In this document: positions 54,252 to 64,000 of the stretch, one piece after another
Layout of the letters: each line of letters begins with the position of its first letter
Numbering within the stretch: the first letter of the stretch is position 1
Assembly: GCA_014860355.1 (NCBI GenBank)
Contig: JACZJV010000131.1
Coordinates: forward strand, 1,203 to 65,202
Direction: 5' to 3'
DNA: 64,000 nucleotides
DNA from: Burkholderiales bacterium
GTDB taxonomy: Bacteria; Pseudomonadota; Gammaproteobacteria; Burkholderiales; SG8-39
The notes under the pieces: model-generated
Seen by the model: only the letters and a program-made list of their open reading frames with translations
Database searches by the model: none
Told to the model about the DNA's origin: nothing
Position numbers and translations under genes: made by a program

Positions 54252-55162
54252 AAAACCTGCTGGCGGTGGACTGGGGCAGCTCTACGCTGCGCGGCGCACG
54301 CATCGATGCCGGGGGCAAGGTACGGGCACAGCGCTCCTTCGAGCGCGGCATCCTGAGCGTCGCGCCCGGGGAATTTCCCTCGGTATTCGACGCGTGCTTT
54401 GGCGACTGGATGGACGCCGATACCTTTTGCCTGATGTCGGGCATGGTCGGCAGCAAGCAAGGATGGCTGGAAGCACCCTATTGCAGCTGTCCGGCCGGGT
54501 TCGATGAAGTCGCCGCCGGACTCGCATGGGTGGACCCCGGTCGCGTGGCCATCGTGCCGGGGCTGAGCTGCGAACACGACGGCCCTCCCGGTGTCGCGGG
54601 TCTGCAATCGATACCCGACGTCATGCGCGGTGAAGAAACCCAGATACTCGGCGCCCTGCAGTTGCTCGGCCTAGATCAGGGCCTGGTGGTGCTGCCGGGC
54701 ACGCACAGCAAATGGGCGCGCGTAAAAGCGGGCCGTGTCGAGTCATTTTCCACCTTCATGACGGGAGAGTTTTTCGCCCTGCTGCGGCAGCACTCCATCC
54801 TGTCGCGCACCCTGCCCGCCGGCGACGCCGGGTTCGATGCCGTGGCGTTCGAACAGGGCGTGGCACTGGCCCTGCGCGGCGAGAGCCTGCTGCACAGCGC
54901 ATTCGGCGTGCGCACCCTGTCGCTGTTCGAGCGCCTGCCTGCGGCGGCGCTCTCCAGCCATCTGTCCGGACTGCTCATCGGCGAGGAATTGCGCGGCCGC
55001 AGCTGGCAGGGGGCAGCCGAGGTGATCATCGTCGGCGCCGAGGCGCTGAGCCTGCGCTACCAGTGCGCTTTGGCCCTGCAGAGCGTGCCCGCGCAGCGCT
55101 TGGGGCCGGAGGCGACCTGGGCCGGCCTGTGGGCCATCGCGAACAGGAATTTTCCCGACTGA
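54248..55162 (+). CDS. dgoK: 2-dehydro-3-deoxygalactonokinase
   Basis: TTG 54248 overlaps the kdgK stop (TTGA). LAVDWGSSTLRG, SGMVGSKQGW, MRGEETQ, LPGTHSKW are typical of DgoK. Confidence 0.78.
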   Translation: MKNLLAVDWGSSTLRGARIDAGGKVRAQRSFERGILSVAPGEFPSVFDACFGDWMDADTFCLMSGMVGSKQGWLEAPYCSCPAGFDEVAAGLAWVDPGRVAIVPGLSCEHDGPPGVAGLQSIPDVMRGEETQILGALQLLGLDQGLVVLPGTHSKWARVKAGRVESFSTFMTGEFFALLRQHSILSRTLPAGDAGFDAVAFEQGVALALRGESLLHSAFGVRTLSLFERLPAAALSSHLSGLLIGEELRGRSWQGAAEVIIVGAEALSLRYQCALALQSVPAQRLGPEATWAGLWAIANRNFPD

Positions 55163-55172
55163 GGACGGACAC

Positions 55173-55802
55173 ATGAACGCACAGCAAAAATTTGCAGCGG
55201 CACTGGAGCGCATTCCCCTGGTCGCCGTCCTGCGCGGCCTGCAGCCGCATGAGGCGCAGGCCATGGGCGAGGCGCTCACCGGCACCGGTTGGACGGCGAT
55301 CGAAGTCCCGCTCAATTCCCCCGATCCATACACGAGCATAGCCACATTGGCGCGCAACTTTCCGGCGGCCTTGAGCGGCGCCGGCACCGTGCTCACGCCG
55401 CAGGAGGTGGGCAAGGTTCATGCGGCGGGCGGGCAATTGATCGTGTCGCCGAATTTCAACCCGGCCGTGGTGCGCGAGGCCGTGCGCCTGGGCATGGTGT
55501 GCCTGCCCGGCGTGGCGACGCCGAGCGAAGCCTTTGCCGCGCTGGATGCAGGCGCCGACGGACTCAAGCTGTTTCCGGCGGAAATGATTCCACCGGCCGC
55601 GGTGCGCGCCCTGCGCGCGGTGTTGCCCGCAAGCGCGCGCGTGCTGCCGGTCGGCGGCATCACGGCGGATAACATGAGCGGCTACCTCGCTGCGGGCGCC
55701 AGTGGTTTCGGCATCGGCTCGGCTCTTTACAAGCCCGGCGTGAGCGCGGCGCAGGTACGGGCACAGGCCCTGCGTTTCATCGCCGCTTGCCGGATGCGAT
55801 AA
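55173..55802 (+). CDS. dgoA: 2-dehydro-3-deoxy-6-phosphogalactonate aldolase
   Basis: 209 aa. PLVAVLRG, IEVPLNSP, GAGTVL, LKLFPA, VGGI. Confidence 0.82.
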   Translation: MNAQQKFAAALERIPLVAVLRGLQPHEAQAMGEALTGTGWTAIEVPLNSPDPYTSIATLARNFPAALSGAGTVLTPQEVGKVHAAGGQLIVSPNFNPAVVREAVRLGMVCLPGVATPSEAFAALDAGADGLKLFPAEMIPPAAVRALRAVLPASARVLPVGGITADNMSGYLAAGASGFGIGSALYKPGVSAAQVRAQALRFIAACRMR

Positions 55803-55838
55803 CTACGCCATGGGGGCGCGGGCGTAGATCCGTTTTCA
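55803..55838 (+). terminator. Possible intrinsic terminator after dgoA
   Basis: CTACGCC-11nt-GGCGTAG hairpin (55803-55827) followed by ATCCGTTTTC. Confidence 0.35.
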
Positions 55839-55914
55839 TGAGGAGGGGAGTTCCTGCGGCGCGTGTCCCCCCGTGCTTCGCCAAAGCAGCCGCCGGCAAT
55901 TTTGAAACAGCCGC

Positions 55915-56298
55915 CTACGCGCGTTCGATCAGTTCGATCTTGTATCCGTCCGGGTCCTGCACGAAGGCGATGACCGTGCTGCCGCCTTTGACCGGCCCCG
56001 CTTCGCGGCTCACGATGCCGCCCTTGGCCTTGACCGTTTCGCAGGCCTTGTAGGCGTCGGGCACTTCGATCGCCAGGTGGCCGAACGCGGTCCCCAGCTC
56101 GTAGCGGTCCACGCCGTAGTTGTAGGTGAGCTCGATCACGGCCTGCTCGTCCTCGGATCCGTAGCCGACGAAGGCGAGCGTGTATTTCTGCTCCGGCCGG
56201 TCGGTGGTGCGCAGCAGTTTCATCCCCAGAACCTCGGTGTAGAACTTCACCGAACGTTCCATGTTCCCCACGCGCAGCATCGTATGCAGCATTCTCAC
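55915..56298 (-). CDS. gloA: Lactoylglutathione lyase (glyoxalase I)
   Basis: GTG 56298 lies 7 nt after AGGAG and gives [20 protein letters not shown]..., close to the canonical GloA N-terminus. Confidence 0.9.
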   Translation of the reverse strand: MRMLHTMLRVGNMERSVKFYTEVLGMKLLRTTDRPEQKYTLAFVGYGSEDEQAVIELTYNYGVDRYELGTAFGHLAIEVPDAYKACETVKAKGGIVSREAGPVKGGSTVIAFVQDPDGYKIELIERA

Positions 56299-56402
56299 GA
56301 TTGATCTCCTATGCAAGTTTCGAACCGGGGGCGGCGCCCCCGTGCAAATCCCCCCACGACGGGGGAAGTACCTATCGCGTCACCGGCCCAAGCGCCGCCT
56401 TG

Positions 56403-57155
56403 CTACAGGATGGGCAGCCGGTGGCTGCTTTCGCGCAGTTCCCTGCGCGCGAGCAGGTAGTCCGGATAAAGTCCGCCGACCACGGCCCAGAAACGCGCCG
56501 AGTGATTCATTTCCCGCAAATGCGCGAGCTCGTGCGCGACCACGTAATCGACCAGATGCAGGGGCAAGTGTATCAGGCGCCAGTTCAGGCGCACCCGTCC
56601 ATCCTCGCGGCACTGCCCCCACTGCAGGCGCGCGCTGGACAGCGCCAGCGCCGGCGTCGGAACGCCAAGGCGCGCCGCGTACACCGACAGGCGTTCGCCG
56701 AACAGCGCGCGCGCCCGTTCCTTTATCCAGGCGATGGCGCGCTTTCTCAGCGCCGCGGGTTCGCCGCGGGACGCGAGTCCGATGCCCAGGCGGCCATCGT
56801 GCAGGCTGATGTCGCGTCGTCCGGGGACCAGTTCTATGGTCACCGGCACGCCCAGCAGGGCGATGGTCGCGCCGTCGCTCCAGTTCACCACCTGCGGTCT
56901 GGGCGCGGCGCGCCATTCGGATAGTTTTCTCAGCACCCAGCGCGCCTTTTCACGGATGAAGGCCTCGACCTCGGCGATCGAGGTGTGCCCCGGCGCGGCC
57001 ACGCGCAGGCCCTCATCGTCGATTACCATGCCGATCGAACGGCGGCGCGCGCGGCGAAAGCGGTAACCTACGACCTCGCCGCCCAGCTGGATGTAACGCA
57101 AGCTGCCGGCGGGCGCGGCCGCGGGCGCGAGCGCGAGCGGCAGTTCAAGCTGCAT
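56403..57155 (-). CDS. YgjP-like (DUF45) zinc metallopeptidase-fold protein
   Basis: 250 aa with a HExxH motif in LVDYVVAHELAHLREMNHSARFW. Confidence 0.85.
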   Translation of the reverse strand: MQLELPLALAPAAAPAGSLRYIQLGGEVVGYRFRRARRRSIGMVIDDEGLRVAAPGHTSIAEVEAFIREKARWVLRKLSEWRAAPRPQVVNWSDGATIALLGVPVTIELVPGRRDISLHDGRLGIGLASRGEPAALRKRAIAWIKERARALFGERLSVYAARLGVPTPALALSSARLQWGQCREDGRVRLNWRLIHLPLHLVDYVVAHELAHLREMNHSARFWAVVGGLYPDYLLARRELRESSHRLPIL

Positions 57156-57873
57156 GCGCGCGTTCCGGGCGCACCAGGATTTCCACCTGGTGCTCGATCC
57201 AGTCCTCGACCTTGCGCATCAACTGCTCCGGCGTCTGGCCGGCGCTGTCGATAGGCTCGCCGATGACCACCGTTACCTTGCCCGGACGCTTGAGAAAGGA
57301 ATTGCGCGGCCACAGCAGGCCGGCATTGTGCGCGACCGGCAGCACGCGCGCGCCGGTCTGCGCCGCGATATGCGCGCCTCCGAGTTTGTACCGGACGCGC
57401 TTGCCCACGGCGATGCGCGTGCCCTCCGGGTAGACCATGATGCAAAAGCCCTGCGCCAGGCGCTCCTTGCCGATTTCCACGGTGCGGCGCAGCGCGTTCT
57501 TGCGCTCGGCACGGTTGATGAATATCGGGCTGAACAGCGCCAGACCCCAGCCGAGGAAGGGCAGCCACATCAGCTCGCGCTTCATCACGTAGACGTGCGG
57601 CGGAAAGATTCCGGAGTAGGCGAGCGTTTCCCAGGCCGAGGAGTGCTTGGACAGGATAACCACCGGTTCGGCCGGAATGTTCTCGCGCCCGCGCACTTCG
57701 TAGCGGATGCCCAGCACGTAGATCGCCAGCCAGGCGGCGAGGCGCGGCCAGCCGGCGATGATTTTCCAGCGCGGTATGCGCGGCAGCGGTGCGACACACA
57801 TCACCAGCACCCAATAGGGGACGACGATGAGGACCAGCAAAGTGTAGTAGAGCAGCGCGCGCAGGTACATCAT
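57145..57873 (-). CDS. plsC: 1-acyl-sn-glycerol-3-phosphate acyltransferase
   Basis: 242 aa with an N-terminal TM segment, an acyltransferase block (ILSKHSSAWE) and VYPEGTR. Confidence 0.85.
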   Translation of the reverse strand: MMYLRALLYYTLLVLIVVPYWVLVMCVAPLPRIPRWKIIAGWPRLAAWLAIYVLGIRYEVRGRENIPAEPVVILSKHSSAWETLAYSGIFPPHVYVMKRELMWLPFLGWGLALFSPIFINRAERKNALRRTVEIGKERLAQGFCIMVYPEGTRIAVGKRVRYKLGGAHIAAQTGARVLPVAHNAGLLWPRNSFLKRPGKVTVVIGEPIDSAGQTPEQLMRKVEDWIEHQVEILVRPERAHAA

Positions 57874-58403
57874 GCAGTGAGCGCCGCTGCGGCGGCGGCC
57901 AGGTCCGCATGGACTTCGGTGCCTGCGGGCAGGCCGCCCGACTTGAGCGTCTGCGCGCCCTTGCCGGTCAGCACCAGCAAGGGCCGGGCGCCGGCCGCGC
58001 TCGCAGCCTGCAGGTCACGCAGGGAGTCGCCGATCGCCGGCACCCCCGCGAGCTCGAGCTTGTAGCGCCCGGCGATCTCCAGCAGCATGCCCGGCTGCGG
58101 TTTGCGGCAGGAGCAGCCCGTGTCCTGCGCATGCGGGCAGAAGAACACCGCGTCGATGCGCCCGCCCAGCTGGTTCACCGACTTGTGCATCTTGTCGTGC
58201 ATGGCGTTGAGCGTGGCCATGTCGAACAGGCCCCGCCCCAGACCGGACTGGTTGGTGGCGACGACCACGCGATAACCCGCCTGCGTGAGGCGTGCGATCG
58301 CCTCCAGGCTGCCCGGGATGGGCTTCCATTCATCCGGGCTCCTGATGTATTGATCGCTGTCGACGTTGATCACGCCGTCGCGGTCGAGGATTACCAGTTT
58401 CAT
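57870..58403 (-). CDS. gmhB: D-glycero-beta-D-manno-heptose-1,7-bisphosphate 7-phosphatase
   Basis: 177 aa. HAD motif ILDRDGVIN, TNQSG, and the zinc-site C..H..C.C pattern (FFCPHAQDTGCSCRKP). Confidence 0.9.
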   Translation of the reverse strand: MKLVILDRDGVINVDSDQYIRSPDEWKPIPGSLEAIARLTQAGYRVVVATNQSGLGRGLFDMATLNAMHDKMHKSVNQLGGRIDAVFFCPHAQDTGCSCRKPQPGMLLEIAGRYKLELAGVPAIGDSLRDLQAASAAGARPLLVLTGKGAQTLKSGGLPAGTEVHADLAAAAAALTA

Positions 58404-60514
58404 GCGGCGAGCCTGGAGATGTCTGCGACGCGGTTCATCTCGTCGCGCAGGTTCTTGAGCAGCGCAAGGCGGTTACTGCGCAGCTTCTGATCATCGACCA
58501 TCACCATGACCGTATCAAAAAAAGCGTCGACCGGGAATTTCAACACCGCGAATGCTTTGAGGTAACCCGTATAGTCGCCCGCCTCGTATAGCGGCCTCGC
58601 CTTCTGCGATGCGTCCCTGAGAGCTTCGAACAGATCGCGTTCGGCCGGTTCCTGCAGACCTTGTGCACTGGATGCGGCAAACACTACGCCCTTCGCTTCG
58701 GCCTGCTTCAGGATGTTGGCTACGCGCTTGTTGGCCGCCGCGAGGCTCGCCGCCTCGGGCAGGCCGGCGAACGCGCGCACGGCGGCAAGCTGCAGCGGCA
58801 CCCGGTCCAGCCGCACGGGGTGCAGGCAGAGCACCGACTCGATCTCGGTCGCGCCATAACCGGCGTCGCGCAGATAGCTGCGCAGGCGTTCAAGGACGAA
58901 GATCCGGAGATCCGTTTGCGCCTGCCCGTCCTTGCCGCGCGCAAACACCGAGAACGCATCCGCGACGAGGTCGGACAGCGACAACTCGAGCCCGCATTCG
59001 ACGAGTATCCTGATCACGCCCAGGGCGTGGCGTCTGAGCGCGAACGGATCCTTGTCGCCGCTCGGCTGCTGGCCGACGCTGAACATGCCCGCAAGCGTCT
59101 CCAGCTTGTCGGCCAAAGCGAGCGCGAGCGCGATCGCGTTGCCGGGTAGTGCGTCGCCGGCAAAGCGCGGACGGTAGTGTTGCTCGATGGCGGCGGCCAC
59201 CAGGGGCGGTTCGCCATCGGCAAGCGCGTAATAGCGCCCCATGACGCCCTGCAGCTGCGGAAACTCGCCGACCATGCTGGTGACCAGGTCGGCCTTGGCC
59301 AGCCAGGCGGCGCGCTCGGCGAGCGCCGGATCGGCGCCGGTTTCGCGGGCTATCTTTCCGGCAAGCAGTTGCACGCGTTCGACGCGTTCGAGCTGGCTGC
59401 CCAGTTTGTTGTGATAGACGATGGCGCCCAGCTGCGGCACGCGCGCCTCCAGCCGGCTTTTCTTGTCGGTCTCGAAAAAGAAACGCGCATCGGCCAGGCG
59501 CGGCCGCACGACGCGGTTGTTGCCTTCGATGATGTTCTTCGGATCGGTGAGCCGCATGTTGCTGACGATGAGAAAGCGGTTGCTCAGCCTTCCCGCGGCA
59601 TCGAACAGCGGGAAATACTTCTGGTTGGTGCGCATGGTGAGCACCAGGCATTCCTGCGGAACCACGAGAAACTCGGGCTCGAATTCCCCGATGTATACGG
59701 TCGGAAATTCGACCAGCGCCGTGACTTCGTCCAGCAGCGGCGCGACGTCCTGCTCCGGGCCCAGCGAGGCGCCCAATTGCGCGGCTTTGGCGCGCAGCTG
59801 CCTTTCGGTTTCGTCGCGGCGCGCGTCGAACGCCGCGATCACCTGTCCGTGCGCGGCGAGCGCTTCTTCGTAGGCATCGGCCGTCGCCACGGGTATGTCC
59901 TGCACGCCCTGGAAGCGGTGCCCGTGGGTGGTGCGGCCTGCATCGAGGCCGAGGACCGCGACCGGCACCACCTCGGTGCCGTGCAGGGCGAGCAGCCCAT
60001 GGACGGGGCGCACGAACTGCACCGTCGTGGTCCCGTCGGCGAGCTGATAGCTCATCAGCTTCGGTATGGGCAGGCGCGCAATCGCCTCTTCGAGGGCCGC
60101 CTGCAGGGCCGCGGCGAGCTGCATGCCGGGCACGACTTGATGCAGGAATACGTATTCCGCGCCGCCTTCCGCGCGCCGCTCGATACGTCCGCCGAGGTCC
60201 GCGTCCGCGCCATAGCCTTCCTTTTCCAGCCGCCTGAGCAGCGCCGGCGCGGGATCCCCGGCGGCATCGAAAGCGACTTTCGCCGGCATCAGTTTCCTGG
60301 TCTGTTCGCGCTCGGGCGAGCGCGCAAGCACCGCCGATACATGCACCGCCAGCCGCCGGGGTGTGCAATAGGCCCTGGTTTCGTGGCCCTGCGCGAGCAG
60401 GCCGCGCGCGGCGAGGCCCGACGCAATTGCCTGCGCAAAGGCCTCGCCCAGGGCCTTCAGCGCCCTGGGCGGCAGCTCCTCGGTGAACAGTTCGACCAGC
60501 AGGTTTGCGCTCAT
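58400..60514 (-). CDS. glyS: Glycine--tRNA ligase beta subunit
   Basis: ATG 60514 ([16 protein letters not shown]) overlaps the glyQ stop (ATGA). The track's 1100-aa extension is the glyQ antisense frame. Confidence 0.93.
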   Translation of the reverse strand: MSANLLVELFTEELPPRALKALGEAFAQAIASGLAARGLLAQGHETRAYCTPRRLAVHVSAVLARSPEREQTRKLMPAKVAFDAAGDPAPALLRRLEKEGYGADADLGGRIERRAEGGAEYVFLHQVVPGMQLAAALQAALEEAIARLPIPKLMSYQLADGTTTVQFVRPVHGLLALHGTEVVPVAVLGLDAGRTTHGHRFQGVQDIPVATADAYEEALAAHGQVIAAFDARRDETERQLRAKAAQLGASLGPEQDVAPLLDEVTALVEFPTVYIGEFEPEFLVVPQECLVLTMRTNQKYFPLFDAAGRLSNRFLIVSNMRLTDPKNIIEGNNRVVRPRLADARFFFETDKKSRLEARVPQLGAIVYHNKLGSQLERVERVQLLAGKIARETGADPALAERAAWLAKADLVTSMVGEFPQLQGVMGRYYALADGEPPLVAAAIEQHYRPRFAGDALPGNAIALALALADKLETLAGMFSVGQQPSGDKDPFALRRHALGVIRILVECGLELSLSDLVADAFSVFARGKDGQAQTDLRIFVLERLRSYLRDAGYGATEIESVLCLHPVRLDRVPLQLAAVRAFAGLPEAASLAAANKRVANILKQAEAKGVVFAASSAQGLQEPAERDLFEALRDASQKARPLYEAGDYTGYLKAFAVLKFPVDAFFDTVMVMVDDQKLRSNRLALLKNLRDEMNRVADISRLAA

Positions 60515-61401
60515 GCTGCGGCTTGCGCTTTCGTCCGGCACATGGGGAAGCCCAGCCGTTCGCGCGATTCGTAATAGGCTTGCGCGACGGCCTTGGCGAT
60601 ATTGCGGATGCGGCCGATGTAAGCGGCACGCTCGGTGACCGAGATGGCGCCGCGCGCATCGAGCAGGTTGAACACATGCGCCGCCTTGAGCACTTTTTCG
60701 TAGGCCGGGAGGGCCAGTTGCGCCTCGATCAGGCGCTGGGCGTCGGCTTCGTGGTCGCTGAAATGCCGGAACAGCATGGCCGCATCGGAGCGTTCGAAAT
60801 TGTAGGCCGATTGCTCGACCTCGTTCTGGTGGTAGACGTCGCGGTAAGTCACTCCCGGTGTCCAGACCAGATCGAACACGTTCTTCACGTCCTGCAGATA
60901 CATGGCGAGGCGTTCGATACCGTAGGTGATCTCTCCGGTGATCGGCTTGCAGTTGATCCCGCCGACTTGCTGAAAGTAGGTGAACTGCGTCACTTCCATG
61001 CCGTTCAGCCACACCTCCCAGCCCAGGCCCCAGGCGCCCAGGGTCGGATTCTCCCAGTCGTCCTCGACGAAACGGATATCGTGCGCCCTGGGGTCGATGC
61101 CCAGGGCCTCGAGCGAGCCGATGTAGAGTTCGAGTATCTCCGGCGGCGAGGGTTTCAGCACCACCTGGTACTGGTAGTAATGCTGCAGGCGGTTGGGGTT
61201 GTCGCCGTAGCGTCCGTCCTTGGGGCGGCGCGAGGGCTGGACGTAGGCCGCGCGCCAGGGCTCGGGTCCCAGCGCGCGCAGAAAAGTGGCGGTGTGCGAG
61301 GTGCCGGCGCCGACCTCCATGTCGTAGGGCTGCAATAGTGCGCAGCCCTGCCGGTCCCAATAGGACTGCAGCCTGAGTATGAGTTCCTGAAACGTGGGCA
61401 C
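60511..61401 (-). CDS. glyQ: Glycine--tRNA ligase alpha subunit
   Basis: The core is highly conserved ([32 protein letters not shown]...). The start is uncertain: GTG 61401 gives MPTFQ..., and TTG 61428 is an alternative. Confidence 0.92.
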   Translation of the reverse strand: MPTFQELILRLQSYWDRQGCALLQPYDMEVGAGTSHTATFLRALGPEPWRAAYVQPSRRPKDGRYGDNPNRLQHYYQYQVVLKPSPPEILELYIGSLEALGIDPRAHDIRFVEDDWENPTLGAWGLGWEVWLNGMEVTQFTYFQQVGGINCKPITGEITYGIERLAMYLQDVKNVFDLVWTPGVTYRDVYHQNEVEQSAYNFERSDAAMLFRHFSDHEADAQRLIEAQLALPAYEKVLKAAHVFNLLDARGAISVTERAAYIGRIRNIAKAVAQAYYESRERLGFPMCRTKAQAAA

Positions 61402-61547
61402 GGTTTGCCGATGCTGGGAAAGCCGCAATTTTACAGGCTTTCCCGACCCCGAGAAGCGCAAAAACCGCGGCGCCGCATTGCGCTTGCGCGACCTGCGCGG
61501 CGACCAGCGCGGGTCTGTGCCGGCGCCGAACATGATATAAATCATGC

Positions 61548-62021
61548 ATGCAGTTCAGCCATCTGATCCAGATCAACGATCCATTCAATCCCCTGATCGA
61601 GCCGCTGTCGCGCGAGCAGCTGTGGCGCGGACTGGTGCTGCGTGCCGAGAATCCGCTGTTGTTCGTACTGGCGCTGGACGGTTTCGAAATACTCGAGCGC
61701 ACGGAAAACGCGCTCTCGCGCGTGCTGCATTTCGGCAGCCTGAGCCTGCGCGATCGCGTCAGTTTCAGCCAGATGAAACAGGTGCGCTACGAGATCGAGG
61801 CGGCCGGGGATACGCCTTGCGCCACCCTGGTGATGAGCATCGAGGAACCCGAGCCCGGCCAGCTGTTCGTGCGCTTCGACTACGAAACCGTGCAGGAGGG
61901 CGCGACTGTACCGCTGGACGAGGTCTACGCCAGCCTGGCGAGGCAGGCCTACGTCGAGGCCGACATCGACACGATCAGCACCATCCGCAGGCTGGCGGAG
62001 GAACCCGGCGCCCTGGACTGA
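61548..62021 (+). CDS. SRPBCC-fold protein (DUF1857-like)
   Basis: 157 aa. The family was assigned from memory of the N-terminal pattern ([28 protein letters not shown]). Confidence 0.55.
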   Translation: MQFSHLIQINDPFNPLIEPLSREQLWRGLVLRAENPLLFVLALDGFEILERTENALSRVLHFGSLSLRDRVSFSQMKQVRYEIEAAGDTPCATLVMSIEEPEPGQLFVRFDYETVQEGATVPLDEVYASLARQAYVEADIDTISTIRRLAEEPGALD

Positions 62022-62118
62022 AGCGCGTCGAACGCTCGCGGCCTGCGCGCCAGGGGCCGGTTCATTGCGTCGGCGGCAGCGGCCGGGGGGCAAGGAGACG
62101 ACACTCGACACGGGGTGC

Positions 62119-63282
62119 TCAGGCGCTAAATTTCACGGCTCGGTTGCGGCCCTGTTCCTTGGCCAGATACATGGCGCGGTCGGCGCGCCGCTGGATCGCA
62201 TCGATGCTGCGGCCGTCATCGGGGTAGCTGGCGAGACCGATGCTGACGCTGGTCCGGATCCGCTTGCCCTCGAATTCCAGCGGGGTGCCGGCCACGGCGT
62301 CGATGATCCTCTGCGCCACTTCCAGCGCCCTGTCCGAACTCGCCTCGGGCAGCAGCGCCACGAATTCGTCTCCGCCATAGCGCGCCAGTACGTCGGTGTG
62401 GCGCAGTTCCGTCTCGATGCACTTCGCCGCCAGTCTGAGCAGGCGGTTCCCCGCCTCGTGGCCGTGGAGGTCGTTGACCGCCTTGAGGTTGTCGGAATCG
62501 ATCATCAGCAGGCTGACGGGGCGGCCGTAGCGCACCGCCTGGTCGAACAGGCGGTCGACGACGATGGTGAAGCCGCGCATATTGTAGAGGCCGGTGAGAT
62601 CGTCGGATTCGGACAGCAGCCGGGCGCGATTCAGGCCGAAGCGGATGTCGGCTGAAAACATGGTGGTGACATAGGCGACGAGCAGCATCGGCGCGTACTG
62701 CGCCACCAGGCCGCCGACGTAGGCGAGCGATAGCAGATCGCGCGCAGCGGGGGCGTTTCCGAGCAGCACGAAGCAGGCTGCGATCAGGGCCATCACGAAC
62801 ATGGTCGTCAGCTTGCCCAGCGTGAGTGCGCTGGTGATGATGACCAGTAGATAGGTGTTGACCAGCGGGCTCGCCAGCTTTCCCGTAAACCACAGGACCC
62901 AGGTGATGAACGCCAGCATCACCAGGCTTTCGATCGAGATTTTCCAGCGCGAGTCGGGTTTGTAGAAATTGGTGTAGCGAAACCCCAGGACGAACGCGGA
63001 GTAGAAGAACAGCCCCGTGGAGATCGCCGCCTGGTCCGCAGGAAGCGGCCCTTCGAACACCTGGTAGAGCAGCACCAGGATCAGCAGCAGCCACTCTATC
63101 TCGGCGACGGTGCGCGCGGTTCCGCGCAGTTCCTCCTGCTCGATGCTCGGTATATCGGAAGCCGTCGAACGCACGCTTGTCCCTTTGTGCAAGCCGGCTG
63201 CATCAGCGCGGTCGGCAGCTGCAGGCCGATTATAGCCCGCTCGGAGCGCCGCATCGCGCCCCGCGATGCGCTGCTCAGGCAC
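62119..63282 (-). CDS. Membrane-anchored diguanylate cyclase (GGDEF)
   Basis: The N-terminal region has ~6 TM segments. The C-terminal GGDEF domain has an intact GGDEF motif (RYGGDEFVALL) and an RxxD-like I-site region. The start is uncertain. Confidence 0.85.
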   Translation of the reverse strand: MPEQRIAGRDAALRAGYNRPAAADRADAAGLHKGTSVRSTASDIPSIEQEELRGTARTVAEIEWLLLILVLLYQVFEGPLPADQAAISTGLFFYSAFVLGFRYTNFYKPDSRWKISIESLVMLAFITWVLWFTGKLASPLVNTYLLVIITSALTLGKLTTMFVMALIAACFVLLGNAPAARDLLSLAYVGGLVAQYAPMLLVAYVTTMFSADIRFGLNRARLLSESDDLTGLYNMRGFTIVVDRLFDQAVRYGRPVSLLMIDSDNLKAVNDLHGHEAGNRLLRLAAKCIETELRHTDVLARYGGDEFVALLPEASSDRALEVAQRIIDAVAGTPLEFEGKRIRTSVSIGLASYPDDGRSIDAIQRRADRAMYLAKEQGRNRAVKFSA

Positions 63283-64000
63283 CGGGTTTGTCCTCGCGCC
63301 AGAAGTCGAGTTTCTCCTGCACTACCCGGTCCGAGTAGATGAATATCACCGCGTCGCTGGCTGCGGCATGTTCGTGGGCGACCCAGCTCGGCGCGACGAA
63401 TATGTCGCGCGGGCCCCAGTCGAAGCTCTGCGCGCCGATCCTGCTCGAGCCCCTGCCTTCGACCACGGCGAACACCGCGCTGTCGGTGGAGCGGTAAGGC
63501 GCAGTGGCGTATCCCGCGGGGATGAGCTGCATCCAGGTGGACATGGTCGGCATGGCCCAGCCGCCGTTGACCGGATTGATGTACTTCATTTTGTACGCAT
63601 GCCAGGCGTCGGCGGGGCGAAAGCGCGCGAGCGCATCCAGCGCCTCGCGCGTGCGGCGGTAGGGGTAGTTGAATATCGGCGTAGTCTGCGAGCCGTATTC
63701 TTGATCAACGGGCAGCAGATTGTGGCCCGCTTCGGCAGCGGCCGCACCCTCCGGGCGGTCGAGCGGGTGCGACTTGCCCGGATAGCCCTCGCGAAAGCTC
63801 GCACACATCAGGTTGACGATGTGCATGTCCAGGCCGTCCAGCCAGACCATGGGCGCATCGCCCTCGTTGCCGTGGTCGTGCCAGGTCATGGACGGGGTAA
63901 TCACGAAGTCGCCGGCTTCCATCATGGTGCGCTCGCCGGCGACTGCAGTGTAGGCGTTGCGGCCTTCGACGATGAAGCGCAGCGCCGAGGCCGTGTGCTT
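63275..64000 (-). CDS. Gentisate 1,2-dioxygenase (bicupin), 5' end outside the window
   Basis: The frame is open to the window edge (KHTASALRFIVEGRNAYTAVAGERTMMEAGDFVITPSMTWHDHGNEG...), which is typical of gentisate dioxygenase cupin motifs. Confidence 0.8.
   Translation of the reverse strand, partial: KHTASALRFIVEGRNAYTAVAGERTMMEAGDFVITPSMTWHDHGNEGDAPMVWLDGLDMHIVNLMCASFREGYPGKSHPLDRPEGAAAAEAGHNLLPVDQEYGSQTTPIFNYPYRRTREALDALARFRPADAWHAYKMKYINPVNGGWAMPTMSTWMQLIPAGYATAPYRSTDSAVFAVVEGRGSSRIGAQSFDWGPRDIFVAPSWVAHEHAAASDAVIFIYSDRVVQEKLDFWREDKPGA

Noticed and set aside
60515-61702. N-terminal 396-aa extension of the glyS ORF (track 58400-61702).
   Set aside because: It is an alternative frame across glyQ. 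The canonical GlyS N-terminus [16 protein letters not shown] starts at 60514, overlapping the glyQ stop.

Overview
This is a GC-rich chromosomal segment, roughly two-thirds G+C by eye. Gene order is typical of Betaproteobacteria: dusB-fis-purH-purD, amgK-murU next to lptD-surA-pdxA-rsmA, and glyQ-glyS-gmhB-plsC-ygjP-gloA. All calls come from reading the sequence and the ORF track by eye, with no database searches.

The window splits into two parts.

(1) 0-37 kb is a stress/accessory region.
- A GlgE-pathway operon, glgB-glgE-treS/pep2, ends in a small channel-like membrane protein gene.
- About 13 kb of envelope/osmotic-stress-type genes follow. They include FIST, two exported proteins, a Cys-less rhodanese, a PRC-barrel protein, a coiled-coil protein, a SlyB-like lipoprotein and a CPA2 antiporter. 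The block also holds a PLD-VTT fusion plus an EEP protein, an orphan RpoE-like ECF sigma, a bacterioferritin-like protein and a CaCA exchanger.
- A second glucan/trehalose operon follows: glgX, treZ, a single 1729-aa malQ::treY fusion ORF, an overlapping MscS gene and a GH100 invertase-like hydrolase.
- The region ends with a Tat-signal Rieske-like protein and a small decayed island at the 3' end of hemF. The island holds hicAB and a shattered hsdR remnant and is bounded by a hemF-derived duplicate.

(2) 37-64 kb is mostly housekeeping. Exceptions are one unknown 218-aa ORF, a kdgK-dgoK-dgoA set, a GGDEF protein and a partial gentisate dioxygenase.

I saw no rRNA, tRNA, CRISPR array or intact transposase/integrase.

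The most interesting inferences are:
- A repeated GGAACTT-N16/17-TCnnA (sigma-E-type) motif sits in front of several stress genes around the orphan ECF sigma.
- Mechanosensitive-channel-type genes are translationally coupled to both trehalose/glucan operons.
- malQ and treY are fused.
- hemF carries the island scar described above.

Many long antisense ORFs in the track are high-GC artefacts and were not called.
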